Shown here piece by piece: positions 40,807-49,974 of a stretch of DNA of 64,000 bases. The stretch spans positions 352,001 to 416,000 of the forward strand of contig CAWCXJ010000013.1 of NCBI GenBank assembly GCA_963799485.1, written 5' to 3'. The notes beneath the pieces were generated by a model that was given only the letters and a program-made list of their open reading frames with translations, made no database searches and had not been told where the DNA came from. A program made the translations under genes and the position numbers. This DNA is from an uncultured Trueperaceae bacterium. GTDB taxonomy: Bacteria > Deinococcota > Deinococci > Deinococcales > Trueperaceae. Position 1 is the stretch's first letter. Each line of letters begins with the position of its first letter.

Positions 40807-41867
40807 TGCCCGTAACGTTTGTCGAGACGCGGCCCGTGCAGCTGACGCTTAAAGGCGCACTCCGCTGGGGCAAGGCGGGTGAACTGACGAAGCTCGAGCA
40901 CGTCCTCGTCTCGGTTTTCGACGACGCCGGCAACGTCGGCACCGCCGAAGCGCCCGTGCGCCCGACGATTTACGGCGAAACGGTCGCGAGCATCCGGGCA
41001 ATCATTCACGAAGAGTTGGAGCCGGGGCTGGTCGGCCTAAAAACCGCTGACGTCGCCGTGCAGGGGGAGGTTTTAGCGCGTATTCCGAACAACCACTGCG
41101 CCAAAGGCGCGCTCGACACGGCGCTCTGTGAACTGCGGGCAAAGGCGGCGGGCCGGAGCTTATTTGCGGCGGAGCGGGGTGACGCACAGCAAATTGAGGT
41201 CAGCTTTATTCTCGGTATCGCCGAACCGGACATCATGCTCGCCGAAGCCGAGCGGGTTTTTGAGCAGGGCGTGCGCGTTTTCAAGGTCAAGGTGGGCCGC
41301 AGCGCCGCGCACGACGCCCAAGTTTTGGGTGCGTTGCAGCACACCTTTGCCGGTGCGGGCGTGACACTCTACGCCGACGCGAACGAAAGTCTGAACCCGG
41401 ACACGGCCGCGCGTGAGCTGGAGGCTTTACGCAAGCTGGGCGTCGCCTACCTCGAGGAACCGCTCCCCGTTCATCTCCTCAAAGAGCGGGCCGCGCTTAA
41501 ACGAGCCGACATCTTGCCCCTCATCGCCGACGACTCGTGTTTTACGCTCCCTGAACTGGGGCGCGAGCTGGCTTTCGACACGTTCGACATCTTGAACATC
41601 AAAACGGCCCGTACCGGTTTTACGGTTTCACAAAAGATGCTGACGCTGGCACGAAGCGCGGGTAAGGGTGTGATGGTCGGGTCGCAAGCGTCGGCGGGAC
41701 TCGGGACGTTGCACGCCGCCATTTTTAGCAGCAAGGCGGGCGTGACGCATCCGTGCGAGCTGAGTTTTCCGCTCAAGCTGGAAACCGACGTTCTCAACGC
41801 ACCGCTGAGGTTTACGGCGGGCTATCTGGACGTTGCGCCGCTGGCAAAACTGCACCTCAACGCGTAG
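40797..41867 (+). CDS. Enolase superfamily enzyme, muconate-cycloisomerase subgroup
   Basis: FKVKVG, DAN, EEP, DDS, NIK and CEL. Confidence 0.85.
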   Translation: MALVPVTFVETRPVQLTLKGALRWGKAGELTKLEHVLVSVFDDAGNVGTAEAPVRPTIYGETVASIRAIIHEELEPGLVGLKTADVAVQGEVLARIPNNHCAKGALDTALCELRAKAAGRSLFAAERGDAQQIEVSFILGIAEPDIMLAEAERVFEQGVRVFKVKVGRSAAHDAQVLGALQHTFAGAGVTLYADANESLNPDTAARELEALRKLGVAYLEEPLPVHLLKERAALKRADILPLIADDSCFTLPELGRELAFDTFDILNIKTARTGFTVSQKMLTLARSAGKGVMVGSQASAGLGTLHAAIFSSKAGVTHPCELSFPLKLETDVLNAPLRFTAGYLDVAPLAKLHLNA

Positions 41868-41967
41868 TCTCGAAAGTAAGGGGCCCTTACAGCTCCGGGC
41901 CCCCGGTCTCGGTAAGGTAAACCATGATGTACAGCGCAGCTTACAGACCGGCCTGCAGGGAGGGCAG

Positions 41968-42159
41968 ATGAGCACAGCGCTCGGGATTTTCATCGGCGGC
42001 GCAGTGCTTTTCGTCGTCGTGCTGGCGGTGTGGCTCAACCCCGGCCTCGGTGTTTTAGCGCTGCTACTCGCCGTACTTGCGGGCATCTACGCGCTTAGAA
42101 GCGTGGTCGGCAAGGCTGCGCGGGCCCGCCGTAAACGCCGCCTGAACCGTAAACGCTAA
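41968..42159 (+). CDS. Small membrane protein
   Basis: GGAGG RBS, two hydrophobic helices and a basic tail. Confidence 0.55.
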   Translation: MSTALGIFIGGAVLFVVVLAVWLNPGLGVLALLLAVLAGIYALRSVVGKAARARRKRRLNRKR

Positions 42160-42191
42160 ACCGTCTATAGACTGCCGTATCAACTGCTGTA

Positions 42192-42413
42192 TCAACTATC
42201 GTGCAGCTGAAACACCAGGTTTCCCAGCGAACGCGCCTCTTCTTCACGCGCCCTCGAGACGGTATCGGCGAGTTCGCGCCAACGCAGATGGCGCTCGTAG
42301 GTGACGCCGTAAACCTCTTGCAGGGCGGCGTTGACGCCTGCTTGTACCGAATCCGGGTCGAGCTGCGGGTGTTCGCGCATGACGCGGGCGGCAATTGCCG
42401 TAAGTCTCCTCAT
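42192..42413 (-). CDS. Small hypothetical protein
   Basis: 73-aa ORF with an AAGGGG RBS; no motif recognised. Confidence 0.45.
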   Translation of the reverse strand: MRRLTAIAARVMREHPQLDPDSVQAGVNAALQEVYGVTYERHLRWRELADTVSRAREEEARSLGNLVFQLHDS

Positions 42414-42583
42414 TTAGCCCCTTTCCGCCTGTCTAGTTTATAAAAAAGCACGGGCTTTGCCATCAGACGTTCGTCCTAGACCGGTGGGGCGCTTTGGGGC
42501 TAGTACCTGTGCGGGCGACGCTTCAGGACGAACAGCGGCGTTAAAGGGGTATAAAGCCTCGTAAATATACCTGACAAACCCGT

Positions 42584-44035
42584 TTAGAAGAGCACATCGT
42601 GGCGCTTGGCCCAGACGACGAGTTCGGCGCGCGAGTGAACGCCGAGCTTTTTGTAGAGGCTCGAGACGTAGTTTCGCACCGTGTTGCCCGCGACGCCGAG
42701 GTTTTGAGCGATCTGCGCACTCGGCTCGCCCTGACAGATGAGCTCCAGCACCTGCCGTTCGCGCACGGTAAGCCGCGCGAGTTTAGCAGACGTTTCGGCT
42801 GAAGGGTGTTTGCCTCTTACGCTGAGCAATTTCTGGGCCAGCGTCTTGCCTAACCAGTCGGAGTCTTTGAGCACCAGATTAACGGCTTCGACAAGTTCGG
42901 CTTCAGTGCGTTTCCACTCGCTCACGTCGTGAAACATCCACAAGATGCAGCCTTGTTCGTTGATCTGCAGCGTTTCCGCCGAGACCAGCACCTCGCACGT
43001 GTCCCCGGTTTTGGTGTGGAGTTTAAGCTCGAGGTCGCGGTAGCCGCGCCGGGTACGGAGCAAATTGGCGACGACCCGTTCCCCTTCGCTTTTCCAGAGT
43101 CCGAGTTCGGCGGTCGTGCGCCCCGCCGCTTCGTTGGCACTGTAGCCGGTGAGTTGCTTGAAGGCGGCGTTGGTGTTCAAGATGCGCCCGTCGTGCGCGG
43201 CGCTGATAACTCCGGCAACCGGGGCCAGATTAAACGCTTTGGAAAACCGCTCTTCGCTCTGCGCGAGCGCGTCTTCGGCCCGTTTGCGCGCGTCGAGGTC
43301 GATAAATGTCAGGAGCATACACGGCTCGCTAGCGACCTCGAGCGGTTGCCCGCCGACCACCACGAACTTCTTTCCCCCGGTGCTCGTCGTCAGGTACGAC
43401 TCGAGCGCCCGGATGACCTCACCTGTATGAAACTTTTTAAGGGTCGTTTCACGGTCGCTCACCCCGGAAAAAATGTCGAACTCGTAAGCGGTGCGCCCGA
43501 TGATCTCTTCGCGCCGAAACCCGGTCATCTCCAGAAAGCCCCGGTTGACCTTGATAAAACGCAAGTCCGAAAGCCGGTTGATCAGCGCCGGGGCCGGATT
43601 TGCCGCAAACGTCTTCTCGAACCGCGCCTCGGCGTCGAACTGTTCGGTCTCGTCTTCTAAAAAGAGGGCGAAAAAAGCCGGCTCGCCTACCGCGTCCTTG
43701 ACGCTCACACCCCGGCACCGGTGAACCCGCACATCGCCTGCGACCGGCACTTGGACGATCAGATCGGTAAAAGTCTCGCCGTTTAGCAAGAGCTCGAGCG
43801 GATAAGCGTTCGGTGCGAGCGGCGTACCGGTCAAATCGAGGAGCCGAAAGGTGTTTTGGTAGCCTGTAACCGTTTCGCCGAGCGCGGCAAACTCGGAAAC
43901 CCCGTGCAACGTAAGCGCCGCGCGGTTCGCGTAGCGCAGGCTGCCGTCTTGCGCCAGCGTCACAATCCCTGTACTGAGGTCGGCGATAAGGGCCTCGAGC
44001 TGAAAATACTCATCTGCAGGAACGGACTTCACCAT
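42584..44035 (-). CDS. Multi-PAS LuxR-family transcriptional regulator
   Basis: Three PAS repeats (ANRAA, VNRGFLEMTGF, TNAAFKQLTGY); C-terminal LTVRERQVL...TVRNYVSSLYKKLGVHSR. Confidence 0.92.
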   Translation of the reverse strand: MVKSVPADEYFQLEALIADLSTGIVTLAQDGSLRYANRAALTLHGVSEFAALGETVTGYQNTFRLLDLTGTPLAPNAYPLELLLNGETFTDLIVQVPVAGDVRVHRCRGVSVKDAVGEPAFFALFLEDETEQFDAEARFEKTFAANPAPALINRLSDLRFIKVNRGFLEMTGFRREEIIGRTAYEFDIFSGVSDRETTLKKFHTGEVIRALESYLTTSTGGKKFVVVGGQPLEVASEPCMLLTFIDLDARKRAEDALAQSEERFSKAFNLAPVAGVISAAHDGRILNTNAAFKQLTGYSANEAAGRTTAELGLWKSEGERVVANLLRTRRGYRDLELKLHTKTGDTCEVLVSAETLQINEQGCILWMFHDVSEWKRTEAELVEAVNLVLKDSDWLGKTLAQKLLSVRGKHPSAETSAKLARLTVRERQVLELICQGEPSAQIAQNLGVAGNTVRNYVSSLYKKLGVHSRAELVVWAKRHDVLF

Positions 44036-44332
44036 CTACCTATCATGGCGGCAACACCCTCGGACGACTGTAGGATCGGCTCTGCTAGGTGCCCTGATAT
44101 TAGGTGCCCTGGTATCAAGTGCCTCGGCAGAGGTCGCCCCCGGGCATTGTGTTGGTAGGAGCGGCTCAGTCGGGTCTTTGGGAGCTAGCGGAACGTCAGG
44201 GTCGGGGATGCGCGGGTCGCCATGACGAACGATAACCTCTCGGCGCCTCTCGAGCTGACGCGGTGGAGGTTTTTAGCGTACCCTGCGTTCCGGCGCTCAA
44301 AGACACCTTTATGGCGTACCTGCGGGCGATGT

Positions 44333-44830
44333 TTAGTGGCTGCGCGGCAGATACTTCTCCCAAATCTTGTCGATAGTGGGCAAAATCCCGTAGGCCGACG
44401 AAAACATAAAGCGGGGTGCGTAAGGCCGACGTTTGAGGAGCATGGCGGCCTCTTCGGGGGTGCGGTCGCGTTTTTTGGCGTTACAGCGGCGACAGCACGC
44501 GACGACGTTTTCCCAGGTCGTGCCCCCACCCCGGCTCCGGGGCAGCACGTGGTCCAAAGTCAGGTCGCTCGTTTTGCTGAGGCAGTACTGACAGGTGTGG
44601 TCGTCGCGGCGAAAGACGTTTTTGCGGTTAAAGGCGACGCGGTGACGCGGCGGGCGCTTGACGAACTTTTTAAGGCGGATGACGCTCGGCACAGGAAAGA
44701 TCTGACTCGGCGAACGGAGCACCTTGTCCGAATCTTCGACCCGTTCGGCGATGTCGTGCATCAAGAGCGCGACGGCGCGTTTGACCGAGCAGACGTGCAG
44801 CGGTTCGTAAGACGCGTTGAGAATCAGCAC
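44333..44830 (-). CDS. HNH endonuclease (McrA-like); start uncertain
   Basis: LNASYEPL, PSVIRL, RDDHTCQYC, TLDHVLPRSRGG and WENVVACCRRCN. Confidence 0.9.
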   Translation of the reverse strand: MLILNASYEPLHVCSVKRAVALLMHDIAERVEDSDKVLRSPSQIFPVPSVIRLKKFVKRPPRHRVAFNRKNVFRRDDHTCQYCLSKTSDLTLDHVLPRSRGGGTTWENVVACCRRCNAKKRDRTPEEAAMLLKRRPYAPRFMFSSAYGILPTIDKIWEKYLPRSH

Positions 44831-45040
44831 CCGCGTCGCGTTGACGTTGGCAATCTGCGAATCAGTTGGCGATGCGGCTTCGTCGGAGAAGACGCTTTCT
44901 GCTTCGTCGGGGGTCAGGTAGTGGTCGGCGGCGACGCCTCCTTAGGGGTATAGCCTGAAGTATAACCTGTTTTGCGGCGGCTCAGGGTTACAGTTTGATG
45001 AAACGACCTTATGAGACGCCGATGGGATGACGACCGGGTA

Positions 45041-46069
45041 TCAGCGCGGCTCGCGCGCCAGTTCAACCAACCGTGCGACGAGTTCGGCGTAAGGAACACC
45101 CGACGCCTCCCAGAGTTTGGGATACATGCTCGTCGCCGTAAAACCGGGCATGGTGTTGATTTCGTTGAGGTAGAGCGCGCCTTCATGCAAAAAAAAGTCC
45201 ACGCGGGCGAGTCCGGCGGCGTCTACGGCCCGAAACGCCGCTAATGCCAATTCCCGGCAGCGTTTGGCAGTCTCCGGGGGCAGCTCTGCCGGAATCTGGA
45301 GTACCGCTTCGCCCGCGGTGTATTTGCGCTCATAGTCGTAAAATGCCCCCGTAAAACGAATCTCACCGACGACGCTGGCTTCGGGTGCGTCGTTGCCGAG
45401 CACACCGACCTCGAGTTCCCGTGCGCCCGTCAGCCCCTGCTCGACGATGAGGCGGCGGTCATAGCGGGCCGCCTCGTCTAGGGCAAGCCGGAGTGTCTGA
45501 ACGTCGTCGGCGCGGCTGATACCGACCGACGACCCTAGATTGGCGGGTTTGACGAAGACCGGCAAGGCGAGCGCGCTCAGCTCGTCTAAAACCCTTTCAG
45601 GTTGCCCTTGCCACGCCCGCCGCGTCACCACCCGGTACGGCACATTCGGCAGCCCGTGCGCGGCGAACACCGCTTTCATCATCCCCTTGTCCATCCCGAC
45701 GGCGCTGCCCAAAACGTCCGAACCGACAAACGGCAGCCCCATGATTTTAAGAAGCCCCTGCACGCTGCCGTCCTCCCCGAAAGGGCCGTGCAAAAGAGGC
45801 AAAACCACATCGAAGGCGGCGGGCTCGAGCCGTGCCAGACCACCTGCTTGTGCGTTTGTTTTACTCTCAACTATCTTACTCTCAGCGCCGTTTTCCAAAA
45901 CCTTGATTGACCCATCTGGCGATAAAAGCCGCCCGTCCCTGGCGATCACCAGAGGGGTCAGCTCGAGCTGCGCCCCTGCCGCCGCCAACACCGAACGCGC
46001 CGACGCGAGCGAAACCTCGTGTTCGTCCGAACGACCGCCGCAGAGAAGGAGGACACGGGGGCGAGTCAT
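45041..46069 (-). CDS. ddl: D-alanine--D-alanine ligase
   Basis: GGRSDEHEVS, LHGPFGEDG, GSSVG and NEINTMPGFT. Confidence 0.96.
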   Translation of the reverse strand: MTRPRVLLLCGGRSDEHEVSLASARSVLAAAGAQLELTPLVIARDGRLLSPDGSIKVLENGAESKIVESKTNAQAGGLARLEPAAFDVVLPLLHGPFGEDGSVQGLLKIMGLPFVGSDVLGSAVGMDKGMMKAVFAAHGLPNVPYRVVTRRAWQGQPERVLDELSALALPVFVKPANLGSSVGISRADDVQTLRLALDEAARYDRRLIVEQGLTGARELEVGVLGNDAPEASVVGEIRFTGAFYDYERKYTAGEAVLQIPAELPPETAKRCRELALAAFRAVDAAGLARVDFFLHEGALYLNEINTMPGFTATSMYPKLWEASGVPYAELVARLVELAREPR

Positions 46070-46084
46070 CTGTATACCACTGTA

Positions 46085-46101
46085 ATGTGTAACTTACACA
46101 T
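46085..46101. promoter_or_regulatory. Perfect palindrome just upstream of ddl
   Basis: ATGTGTAA-C-TTACACAT. Confidence 0.5.
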
Positions 46102-46172
46102 AGTTTAGCCTACGCGTTTTACGGCGGTTTTGGCAAGGGTTGAGAATCCGGAAAAATTGATAGTGGGCTTAA

Positions 46173-46210
46173 CGTAGGGTACCTGACAAATGTACCTTAC
46201 GGGCTATGCT
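46173..46210 (+). promoter_or_regulatory. Promoter of the osmoprotectant ABC operon, overlapped by an inverted repeat
   Basis: CTGACA-16-TATGCT; CGTAGGGTAC-N9-GTACCTTACG flanks the -35. Confidence 0.55.
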
Positions 46211-46320
46211 TTACTCATCTAACTTCGGGTTTCAGGCCTGACACATAGGCCGAGTGGCGACATCAACAGGCGAATCAAGCCGCCATCTCTAGAAGTCGTG
46301 TACCGCTTTAGGAGGCAGTT

Positions 46321-47244
46321 ATGCGTAAGGTTTTACGGAGTTCACTTGTAGCAGGTTTACTTTTAGCAGCGGCGTCTTTCGGGGCAGCCCAGGAAGGTCC
46401 GCTAACCATCGGCTCGAAAGTTGATACCGAAGGCACGGTTTTGGCGCAGATTATGCGGCTGATGCTCGAGCAAAACGGTTTTACGGTCAACGACCGCAGC
46501 GGGTTCGGTACGACTTCGGTGGTGCGCGAAGCGCTCCTCGCCGGCGAAATCGACATGTACCCGGAATATACCGGCTCGGCCCTGACCTTTTACCCGAACG
46601 CCGACGTACCCGAAGGCGTTTCGACGCAGCCCGAGGAACTCTACAACACCGTAAAAGAACTCGACGCCGAAGCGGGCGTGACCGACCTGGGCCGCTCACC
46701 GGCAAACAACACCTGGGCAATTGCCGTACCGCAAACCCTGGCTGAAGACAACGGCCTTACGACGATGGCCGACCTTGCCGAATACATCAACAACGGCGGC
46801 GCGTTCAAGCTGGCCGCTTCGCAGGAATTCGTCGACCGCCCCGACGCGCTCCCGGCATTCGAGGAAACTTACGGTTTCGACGTGACCAACGACCAGCTCG
46901 TCATTCTCGCGGGTGGCAACACCACGCAGACCGAAACGGCGGCAGCGAACGGTACCGACGGCGTCAACGCGGCGATGGCCTACGGTACCGACGGCACCAT
47001 TTCGGCGCTCGGCCTCGTTACCCTCACCGACCCTGAAAACGCAGTCGCCATCTATCAGCCCTTTCCGGCAGTGCGGACAGAAGTCGCCGAGCAGTACCCG
47101 CAACTCGCCGAGATTCTAGACCCGGTGTTTGCCGCACTCGACGAGGGCGTGTTGCAAGACCTCAACGGTCAGGTTGCCGTCGACGGCGCAAATCCTGCCG
47201 ACGTCGCGCAGACATTTTTAAGCGAAAACGGGTTTCTCAACTAA
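46321..47244 (+). CDS. Osmoprotectant ABC transporter substrate-binding protein (OsmF/YehZ-like)
   Basis: Signal peptide, IGSKVDTEG, DMYPEYTG, NNTWAIAV and AYGTDG. Confidence 0.92.
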   Translation: MRKVLRSSLVAGLLLAAASFGAAQEGPLTIGSKVDTEGTVLAQIMRLMLEQNGFTVNDRSGFGTTSVVREALLAGEIDMYPEYTGSALTFYPNADVPEGVSTQPEELYNTVKELDAEAGVTDLGRSPANNTWAIAVPQTLAEDNGLTTMADLAEYINNGGAFKLAASQEFVDRPDALPAFEETYGFDVTNDQLVILAGGNTTQTETAAANGTDGVNAAMAYGTDGTISALGLVTLTDPENAVAIYQPFPAVRTEVAEQYPQLAEILDPVFAALDEGVLQDLNGQVAVDGANPADVAQTFLSENGFLN

Positions 47245-47265
47245 GCCAACCAAGCACTAGAGAAC

Positions 47266-47297
47266 AGCGGGGTCGGTGAGTGAGCGGCCCCGCTTTT
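47266..47297 (+). terminator. Stem-loop/terminator after the SBP gene
   Basis: AGCGGGGTCG-loop-CGGCCCCGCT followed by TTT. Confidence 0.6.
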
Positions 47298-47395
47298 GCA
47301 CTAAGCTAGTACACCAGTCTAATTTGATGCTGGACTCTCAGTTTCGTTACAACACCGACTTTTGCACTAAGCTAGTACACCGATCTAACCGCAAC
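47293..47395. repeat. Two-unit direct repeat, 66-bp period, CRISPR-like geometry
   Basis: CTTTTGCACTAAGCTAGTACACC(AG/GA)TCTAA at 47293 and 47359 (28/30 identical); the second copy continues CCGCAAC. Confidence 0.8.
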
Positions 47396-47429
47396 GTGGG
47401 CAAAACGCTGGAAAACACGGGGAGACGAG

Positions 47430-48857
47430 ATGCTCGGGTCACCTGCTTATCGGGACAAGGTCAACCGTATTACAGTGCTGGCGGCGCTTTTGGGGGTCTT
47501 TGCCCTCTTGCCGGCGGTAGGGCCGAGCTGGTTACTCCTCAAGGCCAACCGTCTGGTCGCCGGGGACGTGTACGGTGCGTTCGCCTCGTCCCCCTACGCG
47601 TTTGCGCTTTCGGGTGCGTGGGCGCTGCTGCTGCTTGTCAGCTTCGTCCGGTTTCCGGGTCGTGCCTGGGTTTTGGCTCTGTTATGTGCAGCGGCGCTTA
47701 CGCTCGGGTTGCTGCTTGTGGGGGGGGGCTCGAGCACGCTCCTGAGTGACGCGTCCGACCCCGAACGCGCGCGTATTTCACTTCAGGGCGGCGTCTGGTT
47801 GACGCTGCTGGCGTACTACATCGGTATCTTCGGGTCGCTCGGAGACGCGCCGCAAACGAGCCGGACGCACCTTTTGATGGTCTTGCCGGGGCCGCTCATC
47901 GCCGCAGGGCTTGTTTTTACGGGAACCTTCGGGAGTGTCGGCCTGAGCCAAGAACTCGCCTCGCAAGGTGGCGATTTTACGGCTGAAGTCCTCCGGCACT
48001 TGGCGCTTGCCGGAACCTCGGTGCTGCTCGCGTGCGCCATCGGGATTCCGGCGGCAATTTGGGCGGCGCGGCGGGCAGAGGCGGCGCGGCTCGTGTTGCC
48101 GACCGCCAGCTTTTTGCAGACGATCCCCTCGCTGGCGCTCTTCGGCATCATGCTCTTGCCGCTTGCACGGCTCGGCAGCAACGTTACGGTCGGACAAGCC
48201 TTACTCTTTTGCCTCATTGGCGGGCTTTTAGCTGCGGGCGTCGGTTTTTTGGCACGCCGCGCTGCGGGCTGGCTTCAGGGCGTCCTGACGGTTATGACGC
48301 TGCTCGTCGCGCTGCTGCCGGTGCTGCTCCTGACGGTGATGATTGCGGTCGTCCTCAACGACCTGTTCGTTGCGGTGTTCAGTCTCAATTTTTCGCGGCT
48401 CAACTTCCCCAACAGCCTGGCTGCGCCGCTCTCGAGCCTCGGCGTCCGGGGTATCGGCACCGCGCCCGCGCTGATTGCCCTGACGCTCTACGCGTTTTTG
48501 CCGATTGTCCGCAACACCTACACCGGCATCAAAGAGGTGCCGCGCGCCGCGACCGAAGCGGGCCGCGGGATGGGGATGAGTCCGGGACAGATTTTACGGC
48601 GCGTCGAACTGCCGCTCGCGCTGCCGCTCATTATGGAAGGGGTGCGGGCTTCGGCGGTCTTGACGATCGGCATTGCGACGGTAGCCTTTTTGATCGGTGC
48701 CGGCGGCCTCGGCACCTTTATCGAACGCGGGATTTCGCAGCAGGTTCCCGACCTCATCTTGCTGGGGGCGCTGCCGATTATCGCTCTGGCGCTGCTTGCC
48801 GACGCCCTGTTGCGCGGGCTCGGGCAGCTTGTGACACCTCGCGGGATACGTTCATGA
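47430..48857 (+). CDS. Osmoprotectant ABC permease (long, YehY-like)
   Basis: QTIPSLAL, EAGRGMGMS, ELPLALP and IGAGGLG; exact start uncertain. Confidence 0.88.
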   Translation: MLGSPAYRDKVNRITVLAALLGVFALLPAVGPSWLLLKANRLVAGDVYGAFASSPYAFALSGAWALLLLVSFVRFPGRAWVLALLCAAALTLGLLLVGGGSSTLLSDASDPERARISLQGGVWLTLLAYYIGIFGSLGDAPQTSRTHLLMVLPGPLIAAGLVFTGTFGSVGLSQELASQGGDFTAEVLRHLALAGTSVLLACAIGIPAAIWAARRAEAARLVLPTASFLQTIPSLALFGIMLLPLARLGSNVTVGQALLFCLIGGLLAAGVGFLARRAAGWLQGVLTVMTLLVALLPVLLLTVMIAVVLNDLFVAVFSLNFSRLNFPNSLAAPLSSLGVRGIGTAPALIALTLYAFLPIVRNTYTGIKEVPRAATEAGRGMGMSPGQILRRVELPLALPLIMEGVRASAVLTIGIATVAFLIGAGGLGTFIERGISQQVPDLILLGALPIIALALLADALLRGLGQLVTPRGIRS

Positions 48858-48870
48858 CAGGAGAACGCGG

Positions 48871-49974
48871 ATGATTAAGCTCGAGGGCATCACCAAGCGC
48901 TACGGCGAGCAGGTCGCCGTAAAAGACGTCAACCTGACCTTCGGCGACGGCGAGCTGACGGTCTTGATCGGGCCGTCGGGCTGCGGCAAAACCACGACGC
49001 TAAAGATGATCAACCGGCTGATTGAACCCTCTTCCGGGCGCATCCTGATCGGCGACAAAGACGTCACCAAATCCGACCCGGAAAGGTTGCGGCGCGGGAT
49101 CGGCTACGTGATTCAGAGTATCGGTTTGTTTCCGCACATGAGCGTGCAGGAAAATATCGAAGTCGTCCCGAAATTGCTCGGTTGGGACAAGAAACGCAGT
49201 GCTGAGCGGGCGCATGAGCTGCTAGAGGTGATCGGCCTTGACCCGGCCCGCTACGCCTCGGCGTACCCGAAAGAGCTCTCCGGCGGTCAGGCGCAGCGTG
49301 TCGGGGTAGCGCGGGCGCTCGCGGTTGACCCACCCGTGTTGCTGATGGATGAGCCCTTCGGCGCGGTTGACCCCTTGACCCGTGAACGGTTGCAAGAGGA
49401 GTTTTTACGGCTTCAGGCTGAGCTGAAGAAAACGGTGGTGATGGTCACACACGACATCGACGAGGCGATTAAGCTCGGCGACCGTATCTGCGTGATGAAT
49501 ATCGGCGTGGTCGAGCAGTTCGGCACGCCCGAGGAGATTTTACAGGAACCTGCAAGCCGCTTTGTGCGGCAGTTCGTCGGGGCCGACCGCGCCTTGAAGC
49601 GCCTCAGCCGGGTGCGGGTGCGTGAGCTGATGAAGCCGGTCGTGTCGCTCGAGCTGAGCGCGTCCCCTAAAGAGGCCGAGGTCGCCCTGGCGCAACACGA
49701 GACGGTCTACATCACCCGTTCGGGCAAACTCGTCGGCTGGCTCGACCGCCGCGCCTTCGCCTTTGACACGAACATCGAACGCGCCTACACCGAAGTCGCC
49801 GGGAGTTACGCCGTCGGGGAAAACGACGACGTGCGCGGTGCGCTCGCCAAACAGCTCGGGCAGGGCGTCACCGAGCTACCGGTCGTAACGCAAAAAGGTG
49901 AACTCGTCGGGATTTTGGATTTGTCGGCGATCCTCGAGGTTACGAAAACGCGGCGAAACGCGGCGGCGGCGTGA
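48871..49974 (+). CDS. Osmoprotectant ABC ATPase with CBS-like C-terminus
   Basis: GPSGCGKT, LSGGQ, MDEPFGAVD and VTHD. Confidence 0.93.
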   Translation: MIKLEGITKRYGEQVAVKDVNLTFGDGELTVLIGPSGCGKTTTLKMINRLIEPSSGRILIGDKDVTKSDPERLRRGIGYVIQSIGLFPHMSVQENIEVVPKLLGWDKKRSAERAHELLEVIGLDPARYASAYPKELSGGQAQRVGVARALAVDPPVLLMDEPFGAVDPLTRERLQEEFLRLQAELKKTVVMVTHDIDEAIKLGDRICVMNIGVVEQFGTPEEILQEPASRFVRQFVGADRALKRLSRVRVRELMKPVVSLELSASPKEAEVALAQHETVYITRSGKLVGWLDRRAFAFDTNIERAYTEVAGSYAVGENDDVRGALAKQLGQGVTELPVVTQKGELVGILDLSAILEVTKTRRNAAAA

